Assembly (NCBI GenBank): GCA_964416305.1
Contig: CAYQDM010000005.1
Span: 43,797 to 107,796 of the forward strand
Source: an uncultured Acidaminobacter sp.
Lineage (GTDB): Bacteria; Bacillota; Clostridia; Peptostreptococcales; Acidaminobacteraceae
DNA length: 64,000 nucleotides
Direction: 5' to 3'
The translations under genes were made by a program, and so were the position numbers. The notes under the pieces are model-generated. The model did no database searches. It worked only from the letters and a program-made list of their open reading frames with translations, and was not told the DNA's origin. This document shows positions 52,019 to 61,433 of this stretch, in pieces (the first letter of the stretch is position 1; every line of letters starts with the position of its first letter).

Positions 52019-53812
52019 GTGTCTGCCATTCAACTCACTCAAGCTATGAAAAAAATGATTTGTACACTGCTGATTTCAGTGTTCGTCTTAATCACTTTGA
52101 CCGAAGCCGCAGGCAGCTTTTCTTTCGGAACTAACGAAATCAGGGAGATTTCTATCTATTTGAATGATAGAAAGCTCGATTTCAAAACCATGCCGGTCGT
52201 TCGGGGCGGAATCGTCTATGTGCCTGTCATTGATCTCGCTTCCGAGCTAAGGTTTTATTACCAGCGTCATAACGAATATAATGCTGTCCTATATAAAAAT
52301 AACCTGTTCATAAAGATTGTCAAAGACAGCGAGACTGCTTACATCAATGGCGCTCCCATCAACCTTCGAGGCCCGGTCATAGAAGAAGACAACCGGCTAT
52401 ATCTGCCTGTAAGCCTGATTTCAGACGCGCTGGATTTTAAAGACAGTTGGGATCCCTCAACTGGTATGTACAGCATGACTTCAGGTGAAATTGGATATAA
52501 ATATACTTTATTTAAGGATTCCTTTTACAAAAAAATATTTGTGGATGCTTACGGCGTCAATATTTCTGTTCCACTGCACTGGGAACGCCTGACCACTGAG
52601 CGGCAAAGCTTTGGATTTATCGACAGCTATGAGCAGTTCAGCGTTGATATCAGAGCTGAGCGGCAGGATCCAGGCACCAAACTTGACGATTGGCAGGAGA
52701 CGGTGCTTGAAACTTTAGAAACCGCCACGCCTGGTCTGACAGGTTCTATAGAGATTGACACATTGACGACCACGCGAATTGACTCTCATTCTCTGGAATA
52801 CCGGGTCCGCCAAGGGCCTGAAACAATTAACAATGTCAATTACGTTTTCCTGCAGGCAAACATTGGCTATAATCTTCATTTCGCCTATAACGACTACATT
52901 GACCCGGTCTATGCCAGAAGCATAATTCGAAATATCGCAGAGAGTTTTCAGGTCGACATGCTGACCATACGGGAGTCTGAGGAACATTATATAGAATACC
53001 GGAATTTCTTTGAATTCGGCGTTACCCTGGATGACGAGCTCTTTTCGAACCAACTTGCCTTCAATACTCAGCGCTTTGAAGGTACACTTCTCAATCCTGA
53101 CGGCGTAGAACAATTTCTGATCACAGTTTCAAAAGGAACTGACAAACTTGAATTTGTCGTTCCTGTTGAAGCGGGTAAATTCAGCACCAGAATTTACCTG
53201 CCATTTGGTCTCGGCAAACACAACGTTTTGATTGAAACATTGGATAAGAATGGGTTTATCTTCGATGCCAAACGTGATCTTAACTTTGAGCCTAGGATCA
53301 ATTACCACCGCAATAACGTCATGCAATTCAGCCTGATCAACACGAGCAGTGACAAAATCAGATATTTGGTACCCACTGTCAGAATCCCTGCTGATCACGA
53401 GCAAATTACAAGCGTCTCCAATTTACTGAGCTATAAGGAAGTGACACAATACGGTAAAGCCAGGGCACTGTATCTCTGGATCCTGGAAAATATTGAACTG
53501 GATGACTCAAACGAGCCGTTTAAGAGAACTGCACTGGAAGTCTTTGATAAGGAAATTGGTACCGAAGAGGAGATAGGCCTTCTTTACGCGTCCTTTTTGA
53601 GAGCCATTGGGATTCCTGCCAGAATGGCGACCGGCGCGGGCTTGGCACACCAACATATCTGGGTGGAGGTCTTCATCAACGGCGAATGGCGTGTTATGGA
53701 TATCAACCACGAATATACTAATAACACTTCAAGTCCGCCACTAAAATATTTTTGGTTGAATCAAACCAACTTTTATGAAAATTATCAAAATATCACCACT
53801 TTAAATGAATAA
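52019..53812 (+). CDS. Secreted protein with a copper-amine-oxidase-N-like (stalk) domain and a C-terminal transglutaminase-like domain
   Basis: Signal peptide MKKMICTLLISVFVLITLTEAAG. N-terminal LYLPVSLISDAL-type repeat. The C-terminus is FLRAIGIPARMATG...HIWVEVFINGEWRVMD. The start is uncertain: GTG at 52019 or ATG at 52046. Confidence 0.6.
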   Translation: MSAIQLTQAMKKMICTLLISVFVLITLTEAAGSFSFGTNEIREISIYLNDRKLDFKTMPVVRGGIVYVPVIDLASELRFYYQRHNEYNAVLYKNNLFIKIVKDSETAYINGAPINLRGPVIEEDNRLYLPVSLISDALDFKDSWDPSTGMYSMTSGEIGYKYTLFKDSFYKKIFVDAYGVNISVPLHWERLTTERQSFGFIDSYEQFSVDIRAERQDPGTKLDDWQETVLETLETATPGLTGSIEIDTLTTTRIDSHSLEYRVRQGPETINNVNYVFLQANIGYNLHFAYNDYIDPVYARSIIRNIAESFQVDMLTIRESEEHYIEYRNFFEFGVTLDDELFSNQLAFNTQRFEGTLLNPDGVEQFLITVSKGTDKLEFVVPVEAGKFSTRIYLPFGLGKHNVLIETLDKNGFIFDAKRDLNFEPRINYHRNNVMQFSLINTSSDKIRYLVPTVRIPADHEQITSVSNLLSYKEVTQYGKARALYLWILENIELDDSNEPFKRTALEVFDKEIGTEEEIGLLYASFLRAIGIPARMATGAGLAHQHIWVEVFINGEWRVMDINHEYTNNTSSPPLKYFWLNQTNFYENYQNITTLNE

Positions 53813-53828
53813 GAATGATGAAATAATT

Positions 53829-53879
53829 GAGGAAGCAGCGTCATAAAAGTCTGACTTAGACTTTGCGCACTGCTTCCTC
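53829..53879. terminator. Bidirectional hairpin between convergent genes
   Basis: GAGGAAGCAG / CTGCTTCCTC 10-bp stem enclosing a second AGTCT/AGACT stem. The U-tract is weak. Confidence 0.5.
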
Positions 53880-53892
53880 TTCTCATTTCCAT

Positions 53893-54654
53893 TCAATCCG
53901 GCCATTCCAAAAGAGCCGCATTATTTTTCAGCCAGTTCTGAGCGTCTTTATAATCCGGCATTACACTTTCCACAACCGAATAAAATGCTTTAGAGTGATT
54001 GAGATGGGCTAAATGTGCCAGTTCGTGAACGACAATATAATCCGCGATAAATTGTGGTGCCAGAAGGATCCGCCAGCAAAAATTGAGGCTCCCCCTGCTG
54101 CTGCAGCTTCCGTAGCGGGTCTTGGCGCGGCTGATCTTGACTGCACTTGGCTGAAGGGACATTCTCTGGCTATAATGTTGTACGCGCTTCGTGAACCAGA
54201 TCTTAGAATAAGTTATAAGTGCCTCTTCCACCGCCTTGGCCGCTTGCTGCTCGTAAGTTGCAGAAGGTGTTTCATTGAATTTAGTTCCGGAATAGATGCG
54301 GATTTCCAGCCGTTTCTCGTCCAAGGCTGCCTTTAAAATCTGACCCGGCTTAATCGCTGCCTTCACCACCCTGAAAGAGCGTTCTGCAAAGGTTATGATC
54401 TCACCTTCAGAAAACTTGTACTTTGGCATTTGATTCACATATGCCGTCATCCGGTCGAGATACTGCCCAATTTCCTCTCTACGCCGCTCCAGGAATTCTT
54501 CGAGGGTTTTCAGCGAGGCCTTCTGCGGAATAGAGGCGACCAGATCGCCGGATTTCATGATCTTGAGGCGATAATCCTTGCGTCGTTCGCGTTTGATGGT
54601 GATCTCATAAGGTTTGTCATTGTGGTGAAAGCGGATGCTGGCAACCATCGGCAT
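53893..54654 (-). CDS. YgjP-like (DUF45/M48-related) zinc metallohydrolase
   Basis: HEXXH motif in VVHELAHLAHLNHSKAF, with family-typical length and layout. Confidence 0.8.
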   Translation of the reverse strand: MPMVASIRFHHNDKPYEITIKRERRKDYRLKIMKSGDLVASIPQKASLKTLEEFLERRREEIGQYLDRMTAYVNQMPKYKFSEGEIITFAERSFRVVKAAIKPGQILKAALDEKRLEIRIYSGTKFNETPSATYEQQAAKAVEEALITYSKIWFTKRVQHYSQRMSLQPSAVKISRAKTRYGSCSSRGSLNFCWRILLAPQFIADYIVVHELAHLAHLNHSKAFYSVVESVMPDYKDAQNWLKNNAALLEWPD

Positions 54655-54705
54655 AACGCTCCTTTCAGCAGGGTACCGGCCTTAAGAGGGTCGGCTCCGG
54701 TCGTG

Positions 54706-54742
54706 ATAAAAGCAGCCCGTCAAATGCGTCGGGCTGCTTTTG
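54706..54742 (-). terminator. Rho-independent terminator after kce
   Basis: AGCAGCCCG / CGGGCTGCT 9-bp stem flanked by T/A runs. Confidence 0.7.
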
Positions 54743-54756
54743 GTTTGAGTTGAAAA

Positions 54757-55572
54757 CTATTTCGCAATGCCGAGGATGCGTCTGGCCTCAGCAGGCGTCG
54801 CGACTTCTCTGCCAAGCTCCGCAGCCAGTCTCACGACCCTTGCCACGAGTTGAGCGTTGGAGTCTGCCTTGACGCCCTTGCTGTAGTAGACGTTGTCTTC
54901 GAATCCGACGCGGACGTGACCGCCCATGATGATAGCCATGGCAGCGAGAGGCGTCTCATAGCGGCCAATGCCCGCAACCGTCCAGGTCGCGTCTGACGGG
55001 ATTTGATGCACCATGTACATGAGATCCTCCGGATTCCCCGGACAAGCGCCCGGTACACCGAGGACAAAGTCAAAATGGAGCGGTGCGCTGATCAGGCCTT
55101 TCTTGACGAGGCCCTTAGCTGTGTCAATCATGCCGCGCTCGAATACTTCAATTTCAGGTTTGACGCCCATTTCCTGCATGCGCTTGGCGAAGATCTCAAT
55201 ATTCTCCTGGGTATTCATGAACACTTCGTCCCCAAAGTTGCAGGTTCCGCAGCTGAGGGTCGCCATTTCAGGCGCCAGCTCAACCGGCTGCAGCCGCTGC
55301 TCAGGCGTATGCCAGGTAGCGCCGCCCGTGGACGGCTGGACAATGATGTCACACTTGGCGCTGATTTTTTCTATGATTTCTTTGTAAACGTCTCCCGACT
55401 GCGTCGGATTGCCTTCCGCGTCCCGAGCGTGCACGTGCACAATGGACGCGCCGGCTTTCCAGCATTCATAGGCTGCTTCAGCGATTTCATCCGGCGTCAC
55501 CGGAAGGGTTGGCTGAATTTCCTTGGTCACTTCTGCGCCGGTCAGGGCAGCGGTAATGATCAATTTTTCCAT
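54757..55572 (-). CDS. kce: 3-keto-5-aminohexanoate cleavage enzyme family (BKACE/DUF849)
   Basis: MEKLIITAALTGA..., VHVHARD, HFDFVLGV, GGHVRVGFEDN are the BKACE family landmarks. Confidence 0.85.
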   Translation of the reverse strand: MEKLIITAALTGAEVTKEIQPTLPVTPDEIAEAAYECWKAGASIVHVHARDAEGNPTQSGDVYKEIIEKISAKCDIIVQPSTGGATWHTPEQRLQPVELAPEMATLSCGTCNFGDEVFMNTQENIEIFAKRMQEMGVKPEIEVFERGMIDTAKGLVKKGLISAPLHFDFVLGVPGACPGNPEDLMYMVHQIPSDATWTVAGIGRYETPLAAMAIIMGGHVRVGFEDNVYYSKGVKADSNAQLVARVVRLAAELGREVATPAEARRILGIAK

Positions 55573-55584
55573 TCAGGCCACCTC

Positions 55585-55968
55585 CTATTTGCGCTGCTTG
55601 TCTTTAGGAACCACGCAGGTGCCTGTCGCGCGACAGACCACAATAGGCTCTTCAAGTACGTCACAAGCGGAATCGTTGATGTCCGGTCTGGGGATGATGA
55701 CTTTTCTGGCCTCAAAGACCATTTTCCGAGAGGAATTGCCGACTTTGACGATCTCGCCGACGGCTTCTATATAGTCACCGGCATAGACCGGCGCGAGGAA
55801 CTCTACGGACTCATAAGCCGCGAAAAGTCCTTCGTCTCCGTCCTGACGGATGAGAAGCTCGGTGGCGACATCCCCAAATAAATTGAGCATTTTTGCGCCG
55901 TCGACAAGGTTGCCGCCGTAATGCGCGTCGTGCATGCTCATTCTGATTCTGATCATTGCTTTTGACAT
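55585..55968 (-). CDS. kal: 3-aminobutyryl-CoA ammonia-lyase-like hotdog protein
   Basis: [35 protein letters not shown]...[10 protein letters not shown] matches my recollection of Kal proteins, and the gene is adjacent to kce. The ATG at 55968 follows GGAGG. The longer ORF-track start was rejected. Confidence 0.7.
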   Translation of the reverse strand: MSKAMIRIRMSMHDAHYGGNLVDGAKMLNLFGDVATELLIRQDGDEGLFAAYESVEFLAPVYAGDYIEAVGEIVKVGNSSRKMVFEARKVIIPRPDINDSACDVLEEPIVVCRATGTCVVPKDKQRK

Positions 55969-56124
55969 GTGATAACCTCCAAAGGTTAACCCGACCCTGT
56001 TCTTGCACCCAAGGCTATTATATCCTTTCAGAGGCAAAAAGAAAATGAGGGAATACAAAACTATTTGGTAACTACAAGTGCGAAACGGGCGGAGGACACT
56101 GTGCGTTTCCCCTCGCCCGCTGAT

Positions 56125-56748
56125 TTACATTTTCTTCGAAGCATTTTTCTTGACCTTTTTGAGCCGGAAGAAATCCTCGCGCTCTTTCTCTTCGAGAGTC
56201 TCCGAAATGGCCTTGACCAAAGCTCTGTATCTCGGTATTTGAATGCGGTCCAGGGCGTTGGTTCGCTTTTGTGTCTTCTTGATTTCCATGGCCAGCTTAT
56301 ATATGGAAGTTTCGATCTCAGCAAGTTCATAAAGTTTTCGGCGCAGATCGTTATAGGCCTCAACGGCGTTGTCCAGGGCAGAATTCGTCCTGAAGACGCC
56401 ATAGCTGGGGTCAATGGGCTGGGGTACGTTTCGGACCATCGGCAGCTCCACACCCATGACGCTGCGGCTGAGCAGCTCAAATTCCTCATCTTTGGGAATG
56501 GAAATGGAAATCTCTTCAATAGTTTGTGTGCCCAGCAGCATATTTGAGATTTTAAGGGCTTCGGAGGCTTCCTCGAAGCGATTCTGGATCTCAATCTGAA
56601 CCTGATTGGCCCGGTTCATCATGCCCATCATGTCACGGATCAGAACGTTCCGCTTTCGGTCCAGAAGCTCATAGCCTCGAATGGAAAAGGCGAGCATGCT
56701 TTTCGCACGGATCAGATTGGCTTTGGTCGGCGCTATGTTGCTATACAT
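56125..56748 (-). CDS. ntpD: V/A-type ATPase subunit D
   Basis: APTKANLIRAKSMLAFSIRGYELLDRKRNVLI is the canonical subunit D N-terminus. It is the last gene of the operon. Confidence 0.92.
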   Translation of the reverse strand: MYSNIAPTKANLIRAKSMLAFSIRGYELLDRKRNVLIRDMMGMMNRANQVQIEIQNRFEEASEALKISNMLLGTQTIEEISISIPKDEEFELLSRSVMGVELPMVRNVPQPIDPSYGVFRTNSALDNAVEAYNDLRRKLYELAEIETSIYKLAMEIKKTQKRTNALDRIQIPRYRALVKAISETLEEKEREDFFRLKKVKKNASKKM

Positions 56749-56760
56749 GTCGCACCCCTC

Positions 56761-58140
56761 CTAACCTCTGTAGAAAGCGTCAATAATATCTGTGCTGAGG
56801 CGGTCGAGTTCAGTCCTCGGAAGAAGGCTAAGTACATCCCAGGCAATGCCCAGACTCTTGTTGATGTCGCGGCTTTCGTCCATATGCTGCCGCACGAACT
56901 GACTCTCAAAAGCCCGGCCATAGGCCATATAGCGCTGATCGGTCTCAGTGAGGTCGCTCTCGCCAATAATTTGAGCCAGGGAGCGGATGTCCTGCACCTT
57001 TGAATAACTGGAAAAAAGCTGGTTGGCAACATCCGGATGTTCTTTTGTGGTATAGCCTTCACCAATGCCGTCTTTCATCAGACGGGACAGACTCGGCAGG
57101 ACGTTGATGGGCGGATAGACATTGTCCTGATGCAGCTCGCGGCTGAGCACGATCTGACCTTCAGTAATATACCCCGTCAGGTCCGGAATTGGGTGGCTGA
57201 TGTCATCATTGGGCATAGTCAGAATTGGCAGGAAGGTAATGGAGCCTTCGCGGCTGTGGAGCATACCCGCCCGTTCATACAGCGAAGCCAGGTCAGAGTA
57301 GAGATACCCCGGATAGCCCTTTCTTGAAGGGACTTCCTCCCGCGCTGAAGATACCTCTCGTAAGGCTTCGCAGTAGGAGGTCAAGTCAGTCATGACGACG
57401 AGGACGTGATAGCCCAGTTCAAAAGCCAGGTATTCGGCTGTCGTCAAAGCGCACCGCGGTGTACTGATGCGTTCAACAATAGGATCATCCGCCAGATTGA
57501 CAAACATGACGACTTTGTCAATGGCACCGGAGTCCTCGAAGCTGCGTCTGAAAAAATCAGCGTCATCGTGCTTGACACCTATGGCTGCGAAAACTACAGC
57601 GAACTTGTCGTTGCTCGTACCGCTAAGCTTGGCCTGACGGACAATCTGGGCGGCGAGTTCATTGTGCGGAAGGCCGTTCCCTGAAAAGATAGGCAGTTTT
57701 TGCCCTCGGATCAGCGTCATCAGCGTATCAATGGAGGAAACGCCGGTTTCAATATAATCTCTTGGATACTTTCTGGCGACGGGATTGATTGGTCTGCCGT
57801 TGATATTATAGTGCAGGTTTCCGTAAATTGGGCCGCCGCCGTCAATCGCCCTGCCTATGCCATCAAAGGAGCGTCCAAGGATATCCGGGGACATAGCCAG
57901 CTCAAAGGGCCTGCCGGTAAAACGAATAGAAGCGTTGGTGGCGGAAAGACCGGAGGTGCCCTCAAACACCTGGGCAACCACGGTTTTATCTTCGAGGCGG
58001 ATTACCTTGCCCAGCCTGTCCTTGTCACCCTTGACTCGGATCTTGATAATTTCACCATAAGAAGCATTTTCGACGCCCGAGAGGACCATCAGCGGACCTT
58101 CGAGCATGTCAATTTTTAGATACTCTTTAGCAATTTCCAC
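56761..58140 (-). CDS. ntpB: V/A-type ATPase subunit B
   Basis: EGPLMVL..., the degenerate P-loop region [15 protein letters not shown], and [11 protein letters not shown]-type [13 protein letters not shown]. Confidence 0.95.
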   Translation of the reverse strand: MEIAKEYLKIDMLEGPLMVLSGVENASYGEIIKIRVKGDKDRLGKVIRLEDKTVVAQVFEGTSGLSATNASIRFTGRPFELAMSPDILGRSFDGIGRAIDGGGPIYGNLHYNINGRPINPVARKYPRDYIETGVSSIDTLMTLIRGQKLPIFSGNGLPHNELAAQIVRQAKLSGTSNDKFAVVFAAIGVKHDDADFFRRSFEDSGAIDKVVMFVNLADDPIVERISTPRCALTTAEYLAFELGYHVLVVMTDLTSYCEALREVSSAREEVPSRKGYPGYLYSDLASLYERAGMLHSREGSITFLPILTMPNDDISHPIPDLTGYITEGQIVLSRELHQDNVYPPINVLPSLSRLMKDGIGEGYTTKEHPDVANQLFSSYSKVQDIRSLAQIIGESDLTETDQRYMAYGRAFESQFVRQHMDESRDINKSLGIAWDVLSLLPRTELDRLSTDIIDAFYRG

Positions 58141-58152
58141 ACAGGTCCCCCC

Positions 58153-59919
58153 TTAGGCATATTTTTTAATCAGCGTGTCAAAGTAATCGTCGATCTGCTC
58201 CGTGAGGGCATCCAGACCGCTTAAATCATCATTCGGAATATCATATTTCATTTTGATCACACGGTCAAAAAGCGACTCATTGCGGACCACCGAGATTGGG
58301 ATGCCTTTCTTTACGGCTTCCAAGCCGCGCTCGTAGAGGTGCGCGATAATTGTCAGCATACGGTACTGCTTTTGAATAGGCACATAGGTATCGTCCTTAT
58401 GAAAGGCATTTTGCTGAAGAAAACCAATTTTCAGAACTTTAGATACTTCCAGGATCAGGCGCTGATCATCTGGAAGGACGTCTTCGCCTACAAGCTGAAC
58501 GATATCTGCCAGCTTGTTTTCTTCAAACAGCAGCCGGATCATTTCTGCCCGCAGCTCCACAAGGTCCGCACTGACATTCGCCGCGTACCACGGTGCGAGG
58601 ATCTTGATATAACCGCTGTAGCTGTTAAGCCAGTGAATCGAAGGATAGTGGCGTGCATATGCCAGCTTTTTATCGAGGGCCAGAAAGGCATTTACAAAGC
58701 GCTTGGTATTTTCCGTCACAGGCTCGGAGAAGTCACCGCCGGCCGGGGAAACTGCACCTATGATCGTCACCGAGGCGTCCCGTCCCTCCATAGTGCGAAC
58801 GTAGCCGGCGCGCTCGTAAAACTCTGCAAGTCTGGAAGGCAGGTAAGCTGGGTAGCCATCCTCTGCAGGCATTTCTTCCAGACGACCCGAGATCTCCCTC
58901 AAGGCCTCTGCCCAACGGGACGTGGAGTCTGCCATAATGGCGACATCATAACCCATGTCCCGGTAGTACTCCGCAATGGTAATTCCGGTATAAATACTGG
59001 CCTCTCGGGCTGCGACCGGCATGTTTGAGGTGTTTGCGATCAGGACAGTCCGGTCCATGATTGGACGGCCGGACGCCGGATCGATCAGCTTTGGAAACTG
59101 CTCAAGGACGTCCGTCATTTCATTGCCCCGCTCTCCGCAGCCGATGTATACGATAATATCCGCATCGCTCCATTTGGCGAGCTGATGCTGGGTCATAGTT
59201 TTGCCAGTGCCGAAGCCGCCCGGTATGGCTGCGGTGCCGCCCTTGGCGATAGGGAAAAAGATATCCAGTACGCGCTGTCCCGTCAACAGCGGTTTTGAGA
59301 GCGCAAGACGCTCAGAGACCGGTCTTGGCGATCTGACCGGCCATTCCTGCAGTAGGCAGAGCGACTCCTCATCACCTTCCCTGTTCCTGATCTTTACAAG
59401 CGGCTCAATGATGCTGTATTCTCCGGAAGGCGCGCACCAAGTCACTTCGCCCTCCACGCCCGGCGGTACGATCCAGCGAAACTCAATCAAAGGGGTTTCC
59501 TGGAAGCTTGCCATGCACATTCCTTGCAGGAGATGCTGCCCGACAACGACATCCATGTCCACTTTCCAGCGAGCTTCCTCATCAATGGCAATCATGCCAA
59601 TCCCTTCATTGATGAAACCGGGATTGTTTTTTTCGATTTCCAGCAACGGCCTCTCTATGCCGTCAAAGATGTTGCCAAGCAGTCCAGGGCCAAGCTTAAG
59701 CGACAGCGGCTTTCCGGTGGACGTCACCGGTTCGCCAATTTTCAAGCCCTCAGTCTCCTCATACACCTGAATGGTGGCGTCATTGCCCTCTATGGCAATG
59801 ATCTCCCCAATCAGTTTGAGATGGCCCACCATGACCATTTCACGCATTTTATAGCCCGTCATATCAGTGGCGCCGACAACCGGGCCATTGACCATTTTAA
59901 TTCGGCCTCGATCATGCAT
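58153..59919 (-). CDS. ntpA: V/A-type ATPase catalytic subunit A
   Basis: Walker A GGFGTGKT, GCGERGNEM, the non-homologous region, and PAEDGYPAYL. The ATG at 59919 overlaps the upstream stop (ATGCATGA). Confidence 0.95.
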   Translation of the reverse strand: MHDRGRIKMVNGPVVGATDMTGYKMREMVMVGHLKLIGEIIAIEGNDATIQVYEETEGLKIGEPVTSTGKPLSLKLGPGLLGNIFDGIERPLLEIEKNNPGFINEGIGMIAIDEEARWKVDMDVVVGQHLLQGMCMASFQETPLIEFRWIVPPGVEGEVTWCAPSGEYSIIEPLVKIRNREGDEESLCLLQEWPVRSPRPVSERLALSKPLLTGQRVLDIFFPIAKGGTAAIPGGFGTGKTMTQHQLAKWSDADIIVYIGCGERGNEMTDVLEQFPKLIDPASGRPIMDRTVLIANTSNMPVAAREASIYTGITIAEYYRDMGYDVAIMADSTSRWAEALREISGRLEEMPAEDGYPAYLPSRLAEFYERAGYVRTMEGRDASVTIIGAVSPAGGDFSEPVTENTKRFVNAFLALDKKLAYARHYPSIHWLNSYSGYIKILAPWYAANVSADLVELRAEMIRLLFEENKLADIVQLVGEDVLPDDQRLILEVSKVLKIGFLQQNAFHKDDTYVPIQKQYRMLTIIAHLYERGLEAVKKGIPISVVRNESLFDRVIKMKYDIPNDDLSGLDALTEQIDDYFDTLIKKYA

Positions 59920-60553
59920 CTGCCTCACCCCGTTCCTCAAGGAGCTCTGCAACCAGCTGCCCCATCACGACTTCAGCGTCTTCAAGCAGGATATCAAAGG
60001 AACCGTCCAGCTTCAGTGTCCGCTCGCCGTTGTAAAAAATCAGTCCGCCCATAATACCTTTTTTGACGGGCACCCACTTAATCTTTGCAGGGTCAAACCC
60101 CTGCATTACCATTTCGCTGGCGAGGCTTTCCCCAAAACGCGAATAATCCTCTTCCAGAAGTTCCACTTCAATGCTTGTGAACCGGTTCAACTCCTCAACG
60201 GATTTTAGAATACGCAGTTTGAGAAAATCCAAATAGTCCGGCGTTTTTCTGAATTCATTGACACGCGCTTTCAGGGCATCACATAGCTCCAGGACAATAT
60301 CGTGCTTCAGTCTCAACATCTGATTCCTGACGCCGCTGAGCACTTTGGAAATCTTTTTCCTTGAGTCATCCCTGGCATTCTCTTCGTGAACTTCAACAAA
60401 TTTTCTGGATTTTTCCATTAGCTTTTTTTTATAGATTTTGACCGCTTCAAGAGTTTCCTCATCCAGTTCTGAAATTTTCACACCGTAGGATTCTTCGAGG
60501 CGATCGAGCACAATTTTTGTAAACACTTCAATTTTTTCATCTACTGTAATCAT
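59912..60553 (-). CDS. ntpE: V/A-type ATPase subunit E
   Basis: 213-aa protein with a charged coiled-coil N-terminus and a globular C-terminus, immediately upstream of subunit A. Confidence 0.7.
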   Translation of the reverse strand: MITVDEKIEVFTKIVLDRLEESYGVKISELDEETLEAVKIYKKKLMEKSRKFVEVHEENARDDSRKKISKVLSGVRNQMLRLKHDIVLELCDALKARVNEFRKTPDYLDFLKLRILKSVEELNRFTSIEVELLEEDYSRFGESLASEMVMQGFDPAKIKWVPVKKGIMGGLIFYNGERTLKLDGSFDILLEDAEVVMGQLVAELLEERGEADA

Positions 60554-60570
60554 TGGTCACCAACTCTCTG

Positions 60571-60876
60571 TTACAGTTTAATGCCGATCGAGTCGCGTAT
60601 GTAGCGTGTGATGTACCCGCTGTCATATTTCCCCCCGACCGCCGGCACTTCAACGATCATTTTTTTCTTTTCCTTTAACTTGATTGTCATGACTTCCTTC
60701 TCAATCATGTGAAGCACCCCGCTGGACAAGACGACGATCCCAATTTCAGGATCTGCCAGTTTTCTCTCCAGCAGTTCCAGAGCTTTATCCCTGTCCTGGA
60801 CGAGCTCGCCGGCAATGCCGGACAGCCTGAGACCCATCAGTGTATCCAGATCATCACTGATCAGAAATGACTTCAT
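60571..60876 (-). CDS. ntpG: V/A-type ATPase subunit F
   Basis: 101 aa. The MKSFLISDDLDTLMGLRLSGI pattern is typical of subunit F. Confidence 0.75.
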   Translation of the reverse strand: MKSFLISDDLDTLMGLRLSGIAGELVQDRDKALELLERKLADPEIGIVVLSSGVLHMIEKEVMTIKLKEKKKMIVEVPAVGGKYDSGYITRYIRDSIGIKL

Positions 60877-60912
60877 ACGAACCGCTCCCTTCTGATGGCG
60901 CTGTAGTTCGGA

Positions 60913-61338
60913 CTACAATCGGCCAAGTATCAGAATGGAAATGATCAGACCGTAAATGGCAATCCCCTCGGCAAGACCGACGAAGATCAAGGTTTTACCA
61001 AGGATTTTTGAGTCTTCGGAAACCGCGCCAAGGGCTGAGGACCCAACCGCGCCAACAGCATAACCCGCGCCGATGGTCGCAAGTCCCGTACACAGCGCCG
61101 CTGCGATGAACCCCAGGCCGCTGGCAGAGGACGCTGCGCCGGTTTCCGCCGCATAAGCGATATCAGGCACGATCATTCCAACGGCAATCATCATGACTGG
61201 CGCAAAGATCGCAATATTCCAGCGCATGATGCGCTTTAACTGTTTCTTTTCCTTCAAGCCTTCACCAAAATAATGATATACACCTGCCAATACCGTTCCA
61301 ATCACCAATAAAACATTCAATCCAAGCAAAATTTGCAT
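60913..61338 (-). CDS. ntpK: V/A-type ATPase proteolipid subunit K (c)
   Basis: The C-terminal 75 aa form a c-type hairpin (GLATIGAGYAVGAVG ... GLAEGIAIYGLII, E124). The N-terminal 63 aa carry two further hydrophobic segments. Confidence 0.85.
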   Translation of the reverse strand: MQILLGLNVLLVIGTVLAGVYHYFGEGLKEKKQLKRIMRWNIAIFAPVMMIAVGMIVPDIAYAAETGAASSASGLGFIAAALCTGLATIGAGYAVGAVGSSALGAVSEDSKILGKTLIFVGLAEGIAIYGLIISILILGRL

Positions 61339-61433
61339 GCTAGTCTCCTCCTTGTTAGCTTTTTATGCGAATGCGGGGCATTAGCCGCGGAGCAAAAAAC
61401 CGGTCTTTTCCCGAAGTGAAAAGAAACTACATT

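Noticed and set aside
55003-55881. 292-aa plus-strand ORF. Similar long antisense ORFs occur at 31891-32634, 45699-46310, 47000-47677, 58339-59028, 59524-60054, 41466-42071, 25974-26486 and 5546-6118.
   Set aside because: Each lies fully inside a well-supported minus-strand gene (kce/kal, murA, tsaC, selU, ntpA, wecB, phosphohexomutase, activase). Each has a low-complexity, Arg-rich or hydrophobic composition and lacks an RBS.
56061-56594. 177-aa minus-strand ORF overlapping ntpD in another frame
   Set aside because: The ntpD frame gives the canonical subunit D N-terminus. The alternative frame is basic, Ser/Arg/Lys-rich and starts inside ntpD with no RBS.
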